A stretch of DNA of 64,000 nucleotides from a virus (taxonomy: Duplodnaviria; Heunggongvirae; Uroviricota; Caudoviricetes), in IMG/VR virus record IMGVR_UViG_3300042301_002383, positions 3,322 through 67,321 of that record; one strand, written 5' to 3'. A program made the position numbers and the translations under genes. The notes under the pieces are model-generated. The model searched no databases. It had not been told where the DNA came from and worked only from the letters and a program-made list of their open reading frames with translations. Of the stretch, positions 44,806 to 54,563 are shown piece after piece. Within the stretch, counting starts at the first letter, position 1. Every line of letters begins with the position of its first letter.

Positions 44806-45129
44806 TTATATTGTGAAATATTGTGTCTTCCAAAACTGCCACCATTTCTTTTTTTGAACTGGTTTACATTCCGAAAATGGATTGTTCCCAAATGAAACTG
44901 AGTTGGAGTATTTTGATGTCAATACATTTAAAAATACTTCATGATATTTTTTTGGTATTTCGTCAAAATCCGCACTTATGTTAACATTTAAATACTTTGG
45001 TCCATCTTCAGTATAAACTGTAAATTGTTCATTCATACTAATCATAGTACTAGCCTTAATATTCAAGTACTTTGTTCCACCTAAATTTAGGTCACCGCTA
45101 ATATGTTTTTTAAAATCCTCGTCCGACAT
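44806..45129 (-). CDS. hypothetical protein
   Basis: 107-aa ORF. Confidence 0.5.
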   Translation of the reverse strand: MSDEDFKKHISGDLNLGGTKYLNIKASTMISMNEQFTVYTEDGPKYLNVNISADFDEIPKKYHEVFLNVLTSKYSNSVSFGNNPFSECKPVQKKKWWQFWKTQYFTI

Positions 45130-45130
45130 T

Positions 45131-45433
45131 TTACTCTGTTTGTGTGGTTAATATTAATTCAAATTCTTCTGCTCCATTTTTATTTTTCTCTTTAAACATT
45201 TCGAAGGCAACTTCATAACGACCTAATTGAACCGCAGTAACAAATAGTTCCGATTTTAAACTATCTCTTTCATCAATTAACATTTGTTTTTCAATGTCAC
45301 CACCTTGTATGAAATCATTACCTTCCTTACATTTCTGCAACTCATCTTGTTGTTGAAAATAAAAGAACGTCATAATTACCAAACCCAACAAGGACATTGC
45401 GATTCCTCCTCTAAATTTTGTTTCTCTTGTCAT
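45131..45433 (-). CDS. hypothetical membrane-anchored protein
   Basis: 100 aa; one TM helix. Confidence 0.5.
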   Translation of the reverse strand: MTRETKFRGGIAMSLLGLVIMTFFYFQQQDELQKCKEGNDFIQGGDIEKQMLIDERDSLKSELFVTAVQLGRYEVAFEMFKEKNKNGAEEFELILTTQTE

Positions 45434-45434
45434 C

Positions 45435-45734
45435 TTAGTCTAAGTTTTTAATATCCGATAATGTTTTTTCAACTTCTTGTTCCGATAGGTACCCAAGTAC
45501 ATCGTCTGTAATTGGAGTACTATATGTAATATGACCATCTTTACCGAAGACTGCTAATTCATACAACCCATCTTTTCCACCGTAGGTGTGTGGTCCTTGT
45601 ACAATACTAGCCCCATATCCATTTGAGAATTGAACTATACACTGTTGTCCCATTCCCGCTGGGTGTGGTTGGAAGTTCAGTTCTTCGAACACTACTGTGT
45701 TGAGATTGTTTGTTGGTCTTTCTTTTGTTTTCAT
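45435..45734 (-). CDS. hypothetical protein
   Basis: 99-aa ORF. Confidence 0.5.
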   Translation of the reverse strand: MKTKERPTNNLNTVVFEELNFQPHPAGMGQQCIVQFSNGYGASIVQGPHTYGGKDGLYELAVFGKDGHITYSTPITDDVLGYLSEQEVEKTLSDIKNLD

Positions 45735-45789
45735 CTTTTAATTTTTTTACGAATGCTCGTGTTAAATAAAAATTCATAGTTAAAATATT

Positions 45790-45954
45790 TCTTCAGCAAT
45801 ACCTAAGACTTCTGCTAGTCCAAATAATACTGCCGCAATTTTTACATCACCTTGGAAGAGGAAAAAACAAGCACCAAATCTGATGCCTGATTTTACAATA
45901 CTTATCCAAAAATGACTATTTGATTTTGATTCTTTCGGTTCCATATATCTAATA
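45790..45954 (-). CDS. possible 54-aa protein (MEPKESKSNSHFWISIVKSG...)
   Basis: hand-translated; fills the gap between 45734 and 45958; approximate coordinates. Confidence 0.3.
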
Positions 45955-45957
45955 TAG

Positions 45958-46932
45958 TTAATTTTTATGAGATTTCAAAACTTTTTGTGATTCAATATAA
46001 TTGTCAATAAAGTTTATTCGTTGACCAATCCAATACATCACATTGACTGTCATAGAGTTACCAATTGCACCTTTAACACTTGAATACGATGGTTTCTTAC
46101 CAGCAACTTCAAAGTCTAAATAACCGTCTGGAAATCCTTGGAGTCTCTCCAATTCTCTTTCTGTGAAGGTTCTAATACTATCATTATCAATCCAATAGTT
46201 AGATGTGGATACTTTACCAAATCCATCAACTAATGTTTGTGCATATGATTTGGTTACTGTACCTGCGAGTTTAATTTCTCCAAGAATATTTCTGGCGTAC
46301 TCATCCCTCTTGATTCTATTCTTTTCTTTAACGCTTTCAAAACATCCTTCTTCAAATAATACGGAGAATGGGACTTTCCAATTGTTTCCACGATATCCAA
46401 CAATGAAGATTCTTTTGCGTCGTTGGGGAACTCCGAAGTATTGGCTGTCGAAAACCCGATAAGCGATTGAGTATTCTTCTCCTTGGACAACTCCTTGTTT
46501 GTCGAGGTTTTCGACTTGGAAGTTAGTACCGGTGAAAGAGGAGATGATTTCACACAACGCTCTTCTGTGTTTTTTCTTAAAAACGCCTTCGACATTTTCC
46601 CAAACGAACCATCTTGGTCGTTTGTCTTTAAGAATTTCTCCATACTTAAGGGAGAGTTGACCACGGATATCATCCATTCCTTCGTTGAGTCCTGCATCGG
46701 AAAAAGATTGACAAGGCGTTCCTCCGACCAATACGTCGAAGTTGATGTTTTTGTAGACTGCATAGTCGTTTAGTTTAGTTAAATCTGAAAATAAGGGAAC
46801 GTTGGGGTAGTGATGTGATAAGACTTTTTGTGGGAAAGAGGCGAAGTCACATAAACCTTCACACTCCCAACCTAATGGTGACCAAGCCACGGTTGCGGCC
46901 TCGATTCCACTACATACTGAGAAATATTTCAT
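45958..46932 (-). CDS. DNA (cytosine-5)-methyltransferase (Dcm-like)
   Basis: 324 aa; motif I FSVCSGIEA, motif IV GGTPCQSFSDAG, motif VI FVWENVEG. Confidence 0.8.
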   Translation of the reverse strand: MKYFSVCSGIEAATVAWSPLGWECEGLCDFASFPQKVLSHHYPNVPLFSDLTKLNDYAVYKNINFDVLVGGTPCQSFSDAGLNEGMDDIRGQLSLKYGEILKDKRPRWFVWENVEGVFKKKHRRALCEIISSFTGTNFQVENLDKQGVVQGEEYSIAYRVFDSQYFGVPQRRKRIFIVGYRGNNWKVPFSVLFEEGCFESVKEKNRIKRDEYARNILGEIKLAGTVTKSYAQTLVDGFGKVSTSNYWIDNDSIRTFTERELERLQGFPDGYLDFEVAGKKPSYSSVKGAIGNSMTVNVMYWIGQRINFIDNYIESQKVLKSHKN

Positions 46933-47015
46933 AACTGTTTTGTTTAATGATGAAACAAAGTTATGTATATTTTATGAAATACAAAAAAAAATTTAGAATA
47001 TTTTTTAAATTATTC

Positions 47016-48428
47016 TTAAGATATTGAAAATGAATTAGTTAGGAAGTCATATTTTTCCTTTTTCCATTCAAGATATGTGTATTTTTTAAACCTTTGGGTT
47101 AGTACGGTAATCGCATCGTTGAACATTTCCAAAGTCGGGGTGTTAGCCTTACCATATGATTGTACCAAACCGCCTTTACGATATTGTAGATTAATTCTTT
47201 TTCGTTTACACTGTAAACCAACATAAATGTATATTGATCCGTGGGGAAACTGCTTAGACATACAGTTTTTCATATTAAACCCTTCAATTCTAAAGTCCTC
47301 TTCAGTTACTAAAACTTTCGGTTTAAAAGATTCCCCACCAACTATGATGTCCTCCTCGATTTCATCTATAAATTCTTTTGGTAAATCATATCTAACTTTG
47401 TAACCTCGAGCAAAATGAAATTTAATTCCCGACCACATTTCTAATAAATTATCAAAGTCGTTATCATTCTTGGCTTTAAATTTTAATTCCACATTTCTAA
47501 CCTCAAGTAACTCTCTAATTGATAATAACTTATTAACTAAATAAACTAAAGAATCTGTTTTTAAAGAATCACTCTCCCATTTATTGATTACACTAACCAT
47601 ACAGTTTTTTTCTGTATCGTTTTTTAATACGTGTAATTTTTTATTTGGTGCATAATCAAAACAATGCTTCTCCCACTTTATCTTCTTTAGATAATCTATA
47701 TAGTTGTCACCAAATAATTTACAGATGTAGTTTAGAGAATCTAACTTAACACTCTTATTAGTATTTTGTTTATTCAATTCACCAATAAGATATTTCGATT
47801 TTATCCCATAATGGTCTAACACTGATGGTAAAAATTTATAATCGTTTTTCTCCAACCATTTCTTTTTAGGATAGTCGTGTTGGATGTCATAATAGACGCT
47901 GTTATGTCCCTTAATACCCTTCATTTCTAAATGATAGTCTACTATCATATCATATAAATAATTGACCTCACATTCACCTTTATTGATTTTATTAACAATG
48001 TAATCTGATTTTAATTTATCTTTAATCAAACTATATATTAAATCTATAATTTTACCTGTCGCCCTTGCATATTTCACACCCCAAAACCCCACTCTCTTTT
48101 CCCCTCTCTCAAAACCATTTTCAGTTAAATCCAATAACAAACTAAAATTATTCTTTTTTTGTTTGGTGGTGGTTCTAAACATTTTCATATCTGTTAAACC
48201 ATCATTTATGATTTTGTAGGTTATAAAGATATCCCCCGTTTTTTTATTTATAACTAATTCATGTTCAAATAGAACTCTTTTATTTTTACCATATCTCTGG
48301 TAATCAAAATCAAATGCAGATTTATAAACAATATCGTCATCATTATTGTATAATTTTAAATCACATGTTGATAATGATTTAATTTTCTTGTCTCTCTTTT
48401 CTTGATTGTGTGTAAATAATAAATCCAT
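47016..48428 (-). CDS. large hypothetical protein (paralogue A)
   Basis: 470 aa; shares ...(L/V)LD.(F/Y)GIKSK...FGDNY and a C-terminal M.N/HC..S...G..N segment with 48465..50360. Confidence 0.6.
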   Translation of the reverse strand: MDLLFTHNQEKRDKKIKSLSTCDLKLYNNDDDIVYKSAFDFDYQRYGKNKRVLFEHELVINKKTGDIFITYKIINDGLTDMKMFRTTTKQKKNNFSLLLDLTENGFERGEKRVGFWGVKYARATGKIIDLIYSLIKDKLKSDYIVNKINKGECEVNYLYDMIVDYHLEMKGIKGHNSVYYDIQHDYPKKKWLEKNDYKFLPSVLDHYGIKSKYLIGELNKQNTNKSVKLDSLNYICKLFGDNYIDYLKKIKWEKHCFDYAPNKKLHVLKNDTEKNCMVSVINKWESDSLKTDSLVYLVNKLLSIRELLEVRNVELKFKAKNDNDFDNLLEMWSGIKFHFARGYKVRYDLPKEFIDEIEEDIIVGGESFKPKVLVTEEDFRIEGFNMKNCMSKQFPHGSIYIYVGLQCKRKRINLQYRKGGLVQSYGKANTPTLEMFNDAITVLTQRFKKYTYLEWKKEKYDFLTNSFSIS

Positions 48429-48464
48429 ATATAAAATATATATGGATTTATTTGAATTGTGTAG

Positions 48465-50360
48465 TTAAAATGGAAGTGGTCTTCTCACCTCTTCTTGAAT
48501 CAATTCATCGATTCTTCTTGGTTCCCTATGTTCAGACATCACCTCAATACCATTTATTTTAATTGGTACCTTTTTCTTATCTAATGAATGTAGAATACCC
48601 ATCCTCGCATAGATTTTAGTTTTTTCCTTTAACTTATTAACCGCCATTTCAATATCTGCGGGTGGTTGGTTATTACAAAAATGTCTAGCTTGGATTAGAT
48701 TACCTGTTTGACAATCAAATTCACAGGTAACTCTATCTTGTTTATTTTCAGTTCTTATGGAAATAATTATTGATTTTTCTTTATCAGAATACGACGCAAC
48801 ACAATGGTGCATGAACCTACCTTCTTCATCATAATCCACTTCACGTTTCAATATGTATGGATAGAATGTAATGTCCCCAAATTCATCATCACCTAAATTT
48901 ATTTTTAAATCAATAGGTAATTCAATATCTGATATCATTTTATTTGAAAATTGATATTCAACTTCCCAACCCTTTTTAATCAATTTCATCATCTTAGATA
49001 CCTCATGATGTTCATCGTTAAACTCATTAATGTGTTTTGATTTTAAATGTAAATCAGGTATATACTCACGTAATTTCCCAATCATTCTAAAATGATCGTG
49101 TAAATCACCAATAAATCTCTCATTAATAATTGTTTCCTTTTCACTAGTTAATCTTACATATCCTTTATTTTCTATTTTTAAACTATTAATAATTTTCACA
49201 ATATTTTCTTTTTCAATATTGGTTATTAGAAATTTTTCTTTTTTAAATTCTTTCTCAAAGTTAAATTTAGAAACTCCAAAATTATTTGAATTCTCATATC
49301 TTGAATTCATAAAATGAATAGGGTCGATACTACCAATATATTTTGAATAGTTGTCACCAAAATAATAACATAATCTAGCCAATGACTGTATATCAATTTT
49401 ACTATTTTCATGCATTATTTTAATTGTGATTTTAGACTTAATCCCGAACATATCTAAAATGGACGCTATAAGTTTTCTATCGTTTTTCTTTAGAAACTTT
49501 TCCGTTGGGTAAAATATCTTAATCCAATAACTGTAATCGTTACAAATTTTAATCTTTTTTAATTCAACAAAACGTTCTAACATTAATTGTGCAAACCATA
49601 TTCCGTTGAATGTTATATTTTGTTGATTTAAATTAAAAACATCATTTAAAACTGACACAAATTTTTTATTATCGAACGTTTGATTGTGTTCATCCAAAAG
49701 AACCGAATTCTTATCCAATGGTTTACGCATCTCAATAATTCCACCATCCCTAAATGATTGTTCTAAATAATTGAAGTTGTTGGTCCTAAAAGTTTTGGTG
49801 GTTTTTTTACCAACCTTAGTCATATTAAGTGTTGTGAAATTACCCGTAACCAGGTTAAAGGTAACCGAAGTAACACTCATTGATTTTTTAAAATAGATAC
49901 TATTAAATTGTCTATGTTTATGTTGACGATAGATTTTAATTGTAACTTTATCACCATGTCGTCTGATGGAACGTTCGATTGCATTTACTGTAATCTCACT
50001 AAATGGATTACCGTAATGTCTTTTGATATGTCTATCGTTTCTTGTTTCAAAATTGTAGATTGCATAATTCATACTGACTCTTTCACCAATATCAGAATCA
50101 CCATAAAAATATCTTGTCTTTCTTTTATCTATCTGTTTATGAAAGTCAACCATTCGACCAACTTTAGGTCTTCTTAATTCCCCAAGACGAATAGTAAGTT
50201 TCTTTGTTGGGGTGGTTACTTGAGTTAAATCCTCCTCAAAGTCAAAAAAATCTAAATCATCGTTAAAATTGGTGACTTCTTTCTTGTCCCCAATTTTACA
50301 ATAATCCTTAAAAAGGGTAATGGTGGCATAGTTGAATTTTTGGGTTATTACGTCTTCCAT
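48465..50360 (-). CDS. large hypothetical protein (paralogue B)
   Basis: 631 aa; LASILDMFGIKSKITIKIMHENSKIDIQSLARLCYYFGDNY vs LPSVLDHYGIKSKYLIGELNKQNTNKSVKLDSLNYICKLFGDNY in paralogue A; C-terminal FMHHCVASYSDKEKSII...CEFDCQTGNLIQARHF. Confidence 0.6.
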   Translation of the reverse strand: MEDVITQKFNYATITLFKDYCKIGDKKEVTNFNDDLDFFDFEEDLTQVTTPTKKLTIRLGELRRPKVGRMVDFHKQIDKRKTRYFYGDSDIGERVSMNYAIYNFETRNDRHIKRHYGNPFSEITVNAIERSIRRHGDKVTIKIYRQHKHRQFNSIYFKKSMSVTSVTFNLVTGNFTTLNMTKVGKKTTKTFRTNNFNYLEQSFRDGGIIEMRKPLDKNSVLLDEHNQTFDNKKFVSVLNDVFNLNQQNITFNGIWFAQLMLERFVELKKIKICNDYSYWIKIFYPTEKFLKKNDRKLIASILDMFGIKSKITIKIMHENSKIDIQSLARLCYYFGDNYSKYIGSIDPIHFMNSRYENSNNFGVSKFNFEKEFKKEKFLITNIEKENIVKIINSLKIENKGYVRLTSEKETIINERFIGDLHDHFRMIGKLREYIPDLHLKSKHINEFNDEHHEVSKMMKLIKKGWEVEYQFSNKMISDIELPIDLKINLGDDEFGDITFYPYILKREVDYDEEGRFMHHCVASYSDKEKSIIISIRTENKQDRVTCEFDCQTGNLIQARHFCNNQPPADIEMAVNKLKEKTKIYARMGILHSLDKKKVPIKINGIEVMSEHREPRRIDELIQEEVRRPLPF

Positions 50361-50430
50361 CGCTTAATAGTTTATAGGACAAATATACAAAAAATATTTA
50401 AGAAATACTTATTAATATAAAATATATATT

Positions 50431-50559
50431 ATGGCAAAAGCGAAAGGAAGTTCTTCAGCAATGAAGGTGTCATTTGGTAAAAAGACCACGGGTAAAGCTC
50501 GTAAATCTTACGGTCCTAAGGACCAAAAACCGAAGAAATATAGGGGTCAAGGTCGTTAA
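50431..50559 (+). CDS. possible 42-aa very basic protein (MAKAKGSSSAMKVSFGKKTTGKARKSYGPKDQKPKKYRGQGR)
   Basis: hand-translated plus-strand ORF; its TAA overlaps the converging stop of the NlpC/P60 gene, with a perfect hairpin GGTCGTT-aatcta-AACGACC over both stops; approximate. Confidence 0.3.
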   Translation: MAKAKGSSSAMKVSFGKKTTGKARKSYGPKDQKPKKYRGQGR

Positions 50560-51095
50560 TCTAAACGACCAGCACCTTTATATGAACTAAGATAACGGGG
50601 TTCGGATAAGCTACTTATCTTGACCCCTTCCTTCTTATTTGCCGCATGTACAAAGGTATCCTTACCTAAATACACCCCACAATGCCATCCACTTGGACTT
50701 TGTGTACTCCTAAAGAATACAATATCTCCGACCGCTAAACTATCTTTTTTAATTCTAGTTGTTTGTTTCCATTGTTCCGCACAAGTGTTATTTAGTTTCT
50801 TACCATATACATCCCAATAAAGTTTTTTAGCAAATTGGGAACAATCAATACCGTTTTTTGTGTTTCCACCTAATTGATATTTGGCTCCATACCAATCCAT
50901 AACAAATGTTGATAATGGAGTTAGTTGTTTATCGTTTAACCTTATTAACAATGGTTTATTGTCGACCAAAACATACATATAATCACCGTCCGCCGATAAT
51001 TTGTTTTGATTTGCGTGGTCTATAATTTGGTTTTGAGCTAAACAGGTTATATTCGTTATGAATATTAATATAAGTAAAATTTTAATCTTTTTCAT
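50556..51095 (-). CDS. NlpC/P60 (C40) cell-wall peptidase with signal peptide
   Basis: 179 aa; signal peptide; catalytic Cys GIDCSQFA, GDIVFF, His in GWHCGVYLG. Confidence 0.75.
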   Translation of the reverse strand: MKKIKILLILIFITNITCLAQNQIIDHANQNKLSADGDYMYVLVDNKPLLIRLNDKQLTPLSTFVMDWYGAKYQLGGNTKNGIDCSQFAKKLYWDVYGKKLNNTCAEQWKQTTRIKKDSLAVGDIVFFRSTQSPSGWHCGVYLGKDTFVHAANKKEGVKISSLSEPRYLSSYKGAGRLD

Positions 51096-51330
51096 TTTTT
51101 ATTATGTTAATTGTTATTCCTGCAGAACCTGCACTTACTTTGTATGTGTTATGTCGATTATCATTTATCCACCCATACTTCTTAAATCTGAATATTGTAA
51201 CCAACTTACCTTCAAAAACGGCATAAATTGCATTATCCGCATAATCAATTGATGGGTGTATAATGTGTCCTAATTTCCAGGACTCTATAAATTCTTCTTC
51301 TAATTCGTCAGGGGTAATATGAATAAACAT
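51082..51330 (-). CDS. hypothetical protein
   Basis: 82-aa ORF. Confidence 0.45.
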   Translation of the reverse strand: MFIHITPDELEEEFIESWKLGHIIHPSIDYADNAIYAVFEGKLVTIFRFKKYGWINDNRHNTYKVSAGSAGITINIIKNEKD

Positions 51331-51331
51331 A

Positions 51332-52495
51332 CTAGTTCGATAGTTTTGCCTTTATAGATGGATGTGATTCATACCCATCGATTATGAATTGATGGGGTTG
51401 TAAATTGTTTATAAACCCATCAAATGTATCTTTATGGTGTTCAAAGTGTGCCAACACTAAGGGACTAAAATTTAATGTTGGTAAATTTTTAAATGGTTCT
51501 CTACCGATTTGTTCTTTAGCTTGTTCGATGTGATTCGAATACAGATGAACATCACCTAAGTTACCAATTAATTCATCGGGTATCATATTAACTTCCATAG
51601 CTAGAATTTCTAATAACAAACCATATGATGCAATATTAAATGGTAACCCTAAGAATGTATCTACACTTCGTTGATTCCACATTAGAGATATTGCTCGTTT
51701 AGGTATATTATATGATTCTAACTCTTCGCTCAAACCACCACCAAATGGTACAATATCATCTACCATTGATTTAAATCTTTCCTCACCAACTTTCTTTTTT
51801 AATAGCTCCCACATCTCTTCTCCTGTTAACTTTCTAGTGTACACTTGAAATCCATAATGACAAGGTGGTAAGACCATTTCATCCAATTGACCAACATTCC
51901 AAGCGTTTACAAGTAATCGTCTACTATCTGGATTTGTTTTCAACTCATCAATTAAGTTTTGAATTTGATCAATCCATTTATCACCTTCAACGTATGTATC
52001 ATGTCCGGTTAATGGGTCTTTTATTGTTGTCTTAATTAATGTTTTAGTGTGCCACTCTCTCCATTGTGCACCGTAGATTGGTCCTAACTCACCAAAAATA
52101 TTACAAAATCTTTCATCCGTTTTAATTAAACGAATAAAATTTTCTTTATCCCATGGTTCTCCGTTATTAGACCATAATGAATTTCCTACCCAAGCAGCAT
52201 AACTATTCTCATATCTTTTATAAGCATCACCATCCCAAATGTGACAATCATTATCAACAAGGTATTTGATGTTAGTGTCACCACGGAGGAACCATAACAA
52301 TTCAGTTACCATTGTCTTCCATGCCATTTTCTTCGTTGTCAACAATGGAAATCCCTGTGACATTTTATGTCTAATCTGACGACCAAATACCGATATGGTA
52401 CCAGTGCCAGTCCTATCAGTTTTAATAACTCCATTATCTAAAATGTCTTGTAATAATTCTTGATATTTTGAATCCAATCTATTCATACTTACCAT
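51332..52495 (-). CDS. thyA: thymidylate synthase ThyA homologue with two large insertions
   Basis: 387 aa (ThyA is usually ~264-320); DRTGTGT, ELLWFL.GDTN, catalytic PCH, DVFLGLPFNIASY (Asn retained), GDVHLYSNH; about 50-aa insert after DGDAY and about 45-aa insert after PCHYGFQ. Confidence 0.8.
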   Translation of the reverse strand: MVSMNRLDSKYQELLQDILDNGVIKTDRTGTGTISVFGRQIRHKMSQGFPLLTTKKMAWKTMVTELLWFLRGDTNIKYLVDNDCHIWDGDAYKRYENSYAAWVGNSLWSNNGEPWDKENFIRLIKTDERFCNIFGELGPIYGAQWREWHTKTLIKTTIKDPLTGHDTYVEGDKWIDQIQNLIDELKTNPDSRRLLVNAWNVGQLDEMVLPPCHYGFQVYTRKLTGEEMWELLKKKVGEERFKSMVDDIVPFGGGLSEELESYNIPKRAISLMWNQRSVDTFLGLPFNIASYGLLLEILAMEVNMIPDELIGNLGDVHLYSNHIEQAKEQIGREPFKNLPTLNFSPLVLAHFEHHKDTFDGFINNLQPHQFIIDGYESHPSIKAKLSN

Positions 52496-52857
52496 TTTGG
52501 TGTCTCCAATCTTTTTATATTTTCTTGTTCGTCTTGTCTATTGAAATTTTCTTTGTGAGACAAAATTCTATGAAACTCTCTATATGCTTGTGGTTGATAA
52601 TTTTTTAAGTGGTCAATTCCATATTCATATTCAAATATGACATCTTCATATCTTCTTTCTTTAGAATCAAAACCATCCGATTGCATTTTCAAATCCATTT
52701 GTAACTCATTGATTACATTTTGTAACGAATCTTGTTTACATGTTTCAATTGGTGGAGGTATCATATCATGTGGTTGTCTAATAGCAATTATTGTTAACAA
52801 GACAATGATAATCACTCCACCAAATACTCTAATCAAAAAATCTTTTTTATTTTCCAT
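52489..52857 (-). CDS. membrane-anchored hypothetical protein
   Basis: 122 aa, N-terminal TM helix. Confidence 0.5.
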   Translation of the reverse strand: MENKKDFLIRVFGGVIIIVLLTIIAIRQPHDMIPPPIETCKQDSLQNVINELQMDLKMQSDGFDSKERRYEDVIFEYEYGIDHLKNYQPQAYREFHRILSHKENFNRQDEQENIKRLETPKW

Positions 52858-53041
52858 ATCCTTGTTGTATTTGTATTCCCATCATATATGTTAACCACCT
52901 AACAGTTATTCCCCAAGATGGTGATGTTACGCCCGACTCGAGAAATTCAGTTTTATTGTAAAAAAAAACAATTGTTGGTATTAAAAACCAATGATGTCTC
53001 TTTTTATAGATAAAAAAATCTTTATAATATTTCTTTTTCAT
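52847..53041 (-). CDS. small membrane protein
   Basis: 64-aa ORF. Confidence 0.4.
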   Translation of the reverse strand: MKKKYYKDFFIYKKRHHWFLIPTIVFFYNKTEFLESGVTSPSWGITVRWLTYMMGIQIQQGYGK

Positions 53042-53324
53042 TTCTTTTAAAGAATGGTTTAAATTTATCTTTTATTTTTTCGTAATGAACCATTGCGAAC
53101 CATTTCCCAATAATACTTCCAGCAATATAAAATACAACCCCTAAGTAATCTCCTTTGAATAATCCATCTAGTGAGTAGTATGTTGCCCCCAATGAGACAA
53201 GACTTATCCAAAAACTATTAACCAATAAACTTTTAATATTATTCTCATATGTAAATTTTATCTCCATGACTTTGAAGATATTAAACATAATTTGAAACAC
53301 TAAAATTAATAAATAATTACTCAT
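53022..53324 (-). CDS. membrane protein
   Basis: 100 aa, 3 TM helices. Confidence 0.45.
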   Translation of the reverse strand: MSNYLLILVFQIMFNIFKVMEIKFTYENNIKSLLVNSFWISLVSLGATYYSLDGLFKGDYLGVVFYIAGSIIGKWFAMVHYEKIKDKFKPFFKRNEKEIL

Positions 53325-53607
53325 CGTAGTTGCCGGTCGTTCTTCTTAATAATTTATCAACATCATCTTCTCTTTCTTTCATTTCAATTATACGAATGTA
53401 ATAACCATTAGGATTTGCATTAGTGTCTTCTGATTTAACATTTTTATCAAACCATTTACTAAACCATTTACCTTTGTAAGTTAAGACCTGACATCTTTCA
53501 GAAAATTCTTCCGAATCGGTTTTGTCTAATAGACCCTCACTTACTAATTTGTTCAGTACAATGTCTTTAACCTTGTTGTAATTCTCCATTTCTACTGTTA
53601 AGTCCAT
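53317..53607 (-). CDS. hypothetical protein
   Basis: 96-aa ORF. Confidence 0.5.
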   Translation of the reverse strand: MDLTVEMENYNKVKDIVLNKLVSEGLLDKTDSEEFSERCQVLTYKGKWFSKWFDKNVKSEDTNANPNGYYIRIIEMKEREDDVDKLLRRTTGNYDE

Positions 53608-53619
53608 ATTATTTCTTTT

Positions 53620-54192
53620 TTAGATTGCTTCATATTCAATGTCACCGTAGTCATAATACTCATTGTCGTCATTATGTTCCACACCATCTTCTTCACCATC
53701 TTCGATTTTCTTAATTGCGGCACATGCACTTTTTGCCATAACTCTATAGGTCCATGACTGTGTTAATGGTTGCTCAGCTTTAATCTCCCACTCGGTTTCT
53801 TCTACATCCTCTTCGTCATCACAATCATCCAAGTCACTACTTGTAACCTTAGTAACTTTTGGTTCCCTTTTGAATGAATCAATTGATTTCATTAACTCAT
53901 CTCTGAATCTAATCAAATCTTTTAAATCACTAAATGTGAAATTGAAACTTCCATTTGAACTTGATAGTTGAATATCCACATGTGGAGTTTCATCATTACC
54001 AAAATCATAAACCATAAAACCATTTTGTTCCCCCAACTCAATGTTGGATGTTTCGGGATAAATCGAAATCCATGTATCAGGATTTGATTCGACCATTTCT
54101 TTAAATTCTTTCTCCATTGATTCCAATTGAGATAGGCAATCGGAATATTTTTTAGTGAACTCTTTGTCCCACTTTTTGGTGTATTTTGCCAT
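53620..54192 (-). CDS. highly acidic protein
   Basis: 190 aa; D/E-rich runs (DDCDDEEDVEETEWE..., GEEDGVEHNDDNEYYDYGD). Confidence 0.55.
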   Translation of the reverse strand: MAKYTKKWDKEFTKKYSDCLSQLESMEKEFKEMVESNPDTWISIYPETSNIELGEQNGFMVYDFGNDETPHVDIQLSSSNGSFNFTFSDLKDLIRFRDELMKSIDSFKREPKVTKVTSSDLDDCDDEEDVEETEWEIKAEQPLTQSWTYRVMAKSACAAIKKIEDGEEDGVEHNDDNEYYDYGDIEYEAI

Positions 54193-54296
54193 ATTATTTC
54201 TTTTTAGGTTTTCTAAAATAATCTAACACCAGGTTAAATGAACCTAATGATATACTACCCCATCCAAAATACTTCACTAATTCAGGGTCAGCACCT

Positions 54297-54563
54297 TTAA
54301 GACCGTACTTCTGAACTAATATCCCCGTCACTATCATCATTATGTAGATGATTTCTTTTAATCTGATTTGCATCTTCTTTTAATTTAATTAAACATTTAT
54401 ATAACGTATTGGCCTCCATTAAGTTAAACATTCTGTTTTGATTACAGAAGTCCAACGCCTTACCGATTATTGTTAAAGCGGACTCTTTATCTATATCATA
54501 TACAAATTGGTCGAATTCATCTATGTTTTCAAATTCGATTAGACCACCAAATATTTTTTCCAT
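54297..54563 (-). CDS. hypothetical protein
   Basis: 88-aa ORF; -7-like box only ~4 nt upstream, so the start is uncertain. Confidence 0.4.
   Translation of the reverse strand: MEKIFGGLIEFENIDEFDQFVYDIDKESALTIIGKALDFCNQNRMFNLMEANTLYKCLIKLKEDANQIKRNHLHNDDSDGDISSEVRS

Noticed and set aside
46254-46763. ORF 46254..46763 (-) 169 aa inside the Dcm-like gene
   Set aside because: Alternative frame of the methyltransferase gene, which has clear motifs I, IV and VI in its own frame.
54194-54375. Alternative small minus-strand TM ORF overlapping 54297..54563
   Set aside because: Cannot decide between the two frames by eye; the longer track ORF was kept at reduced confidence.
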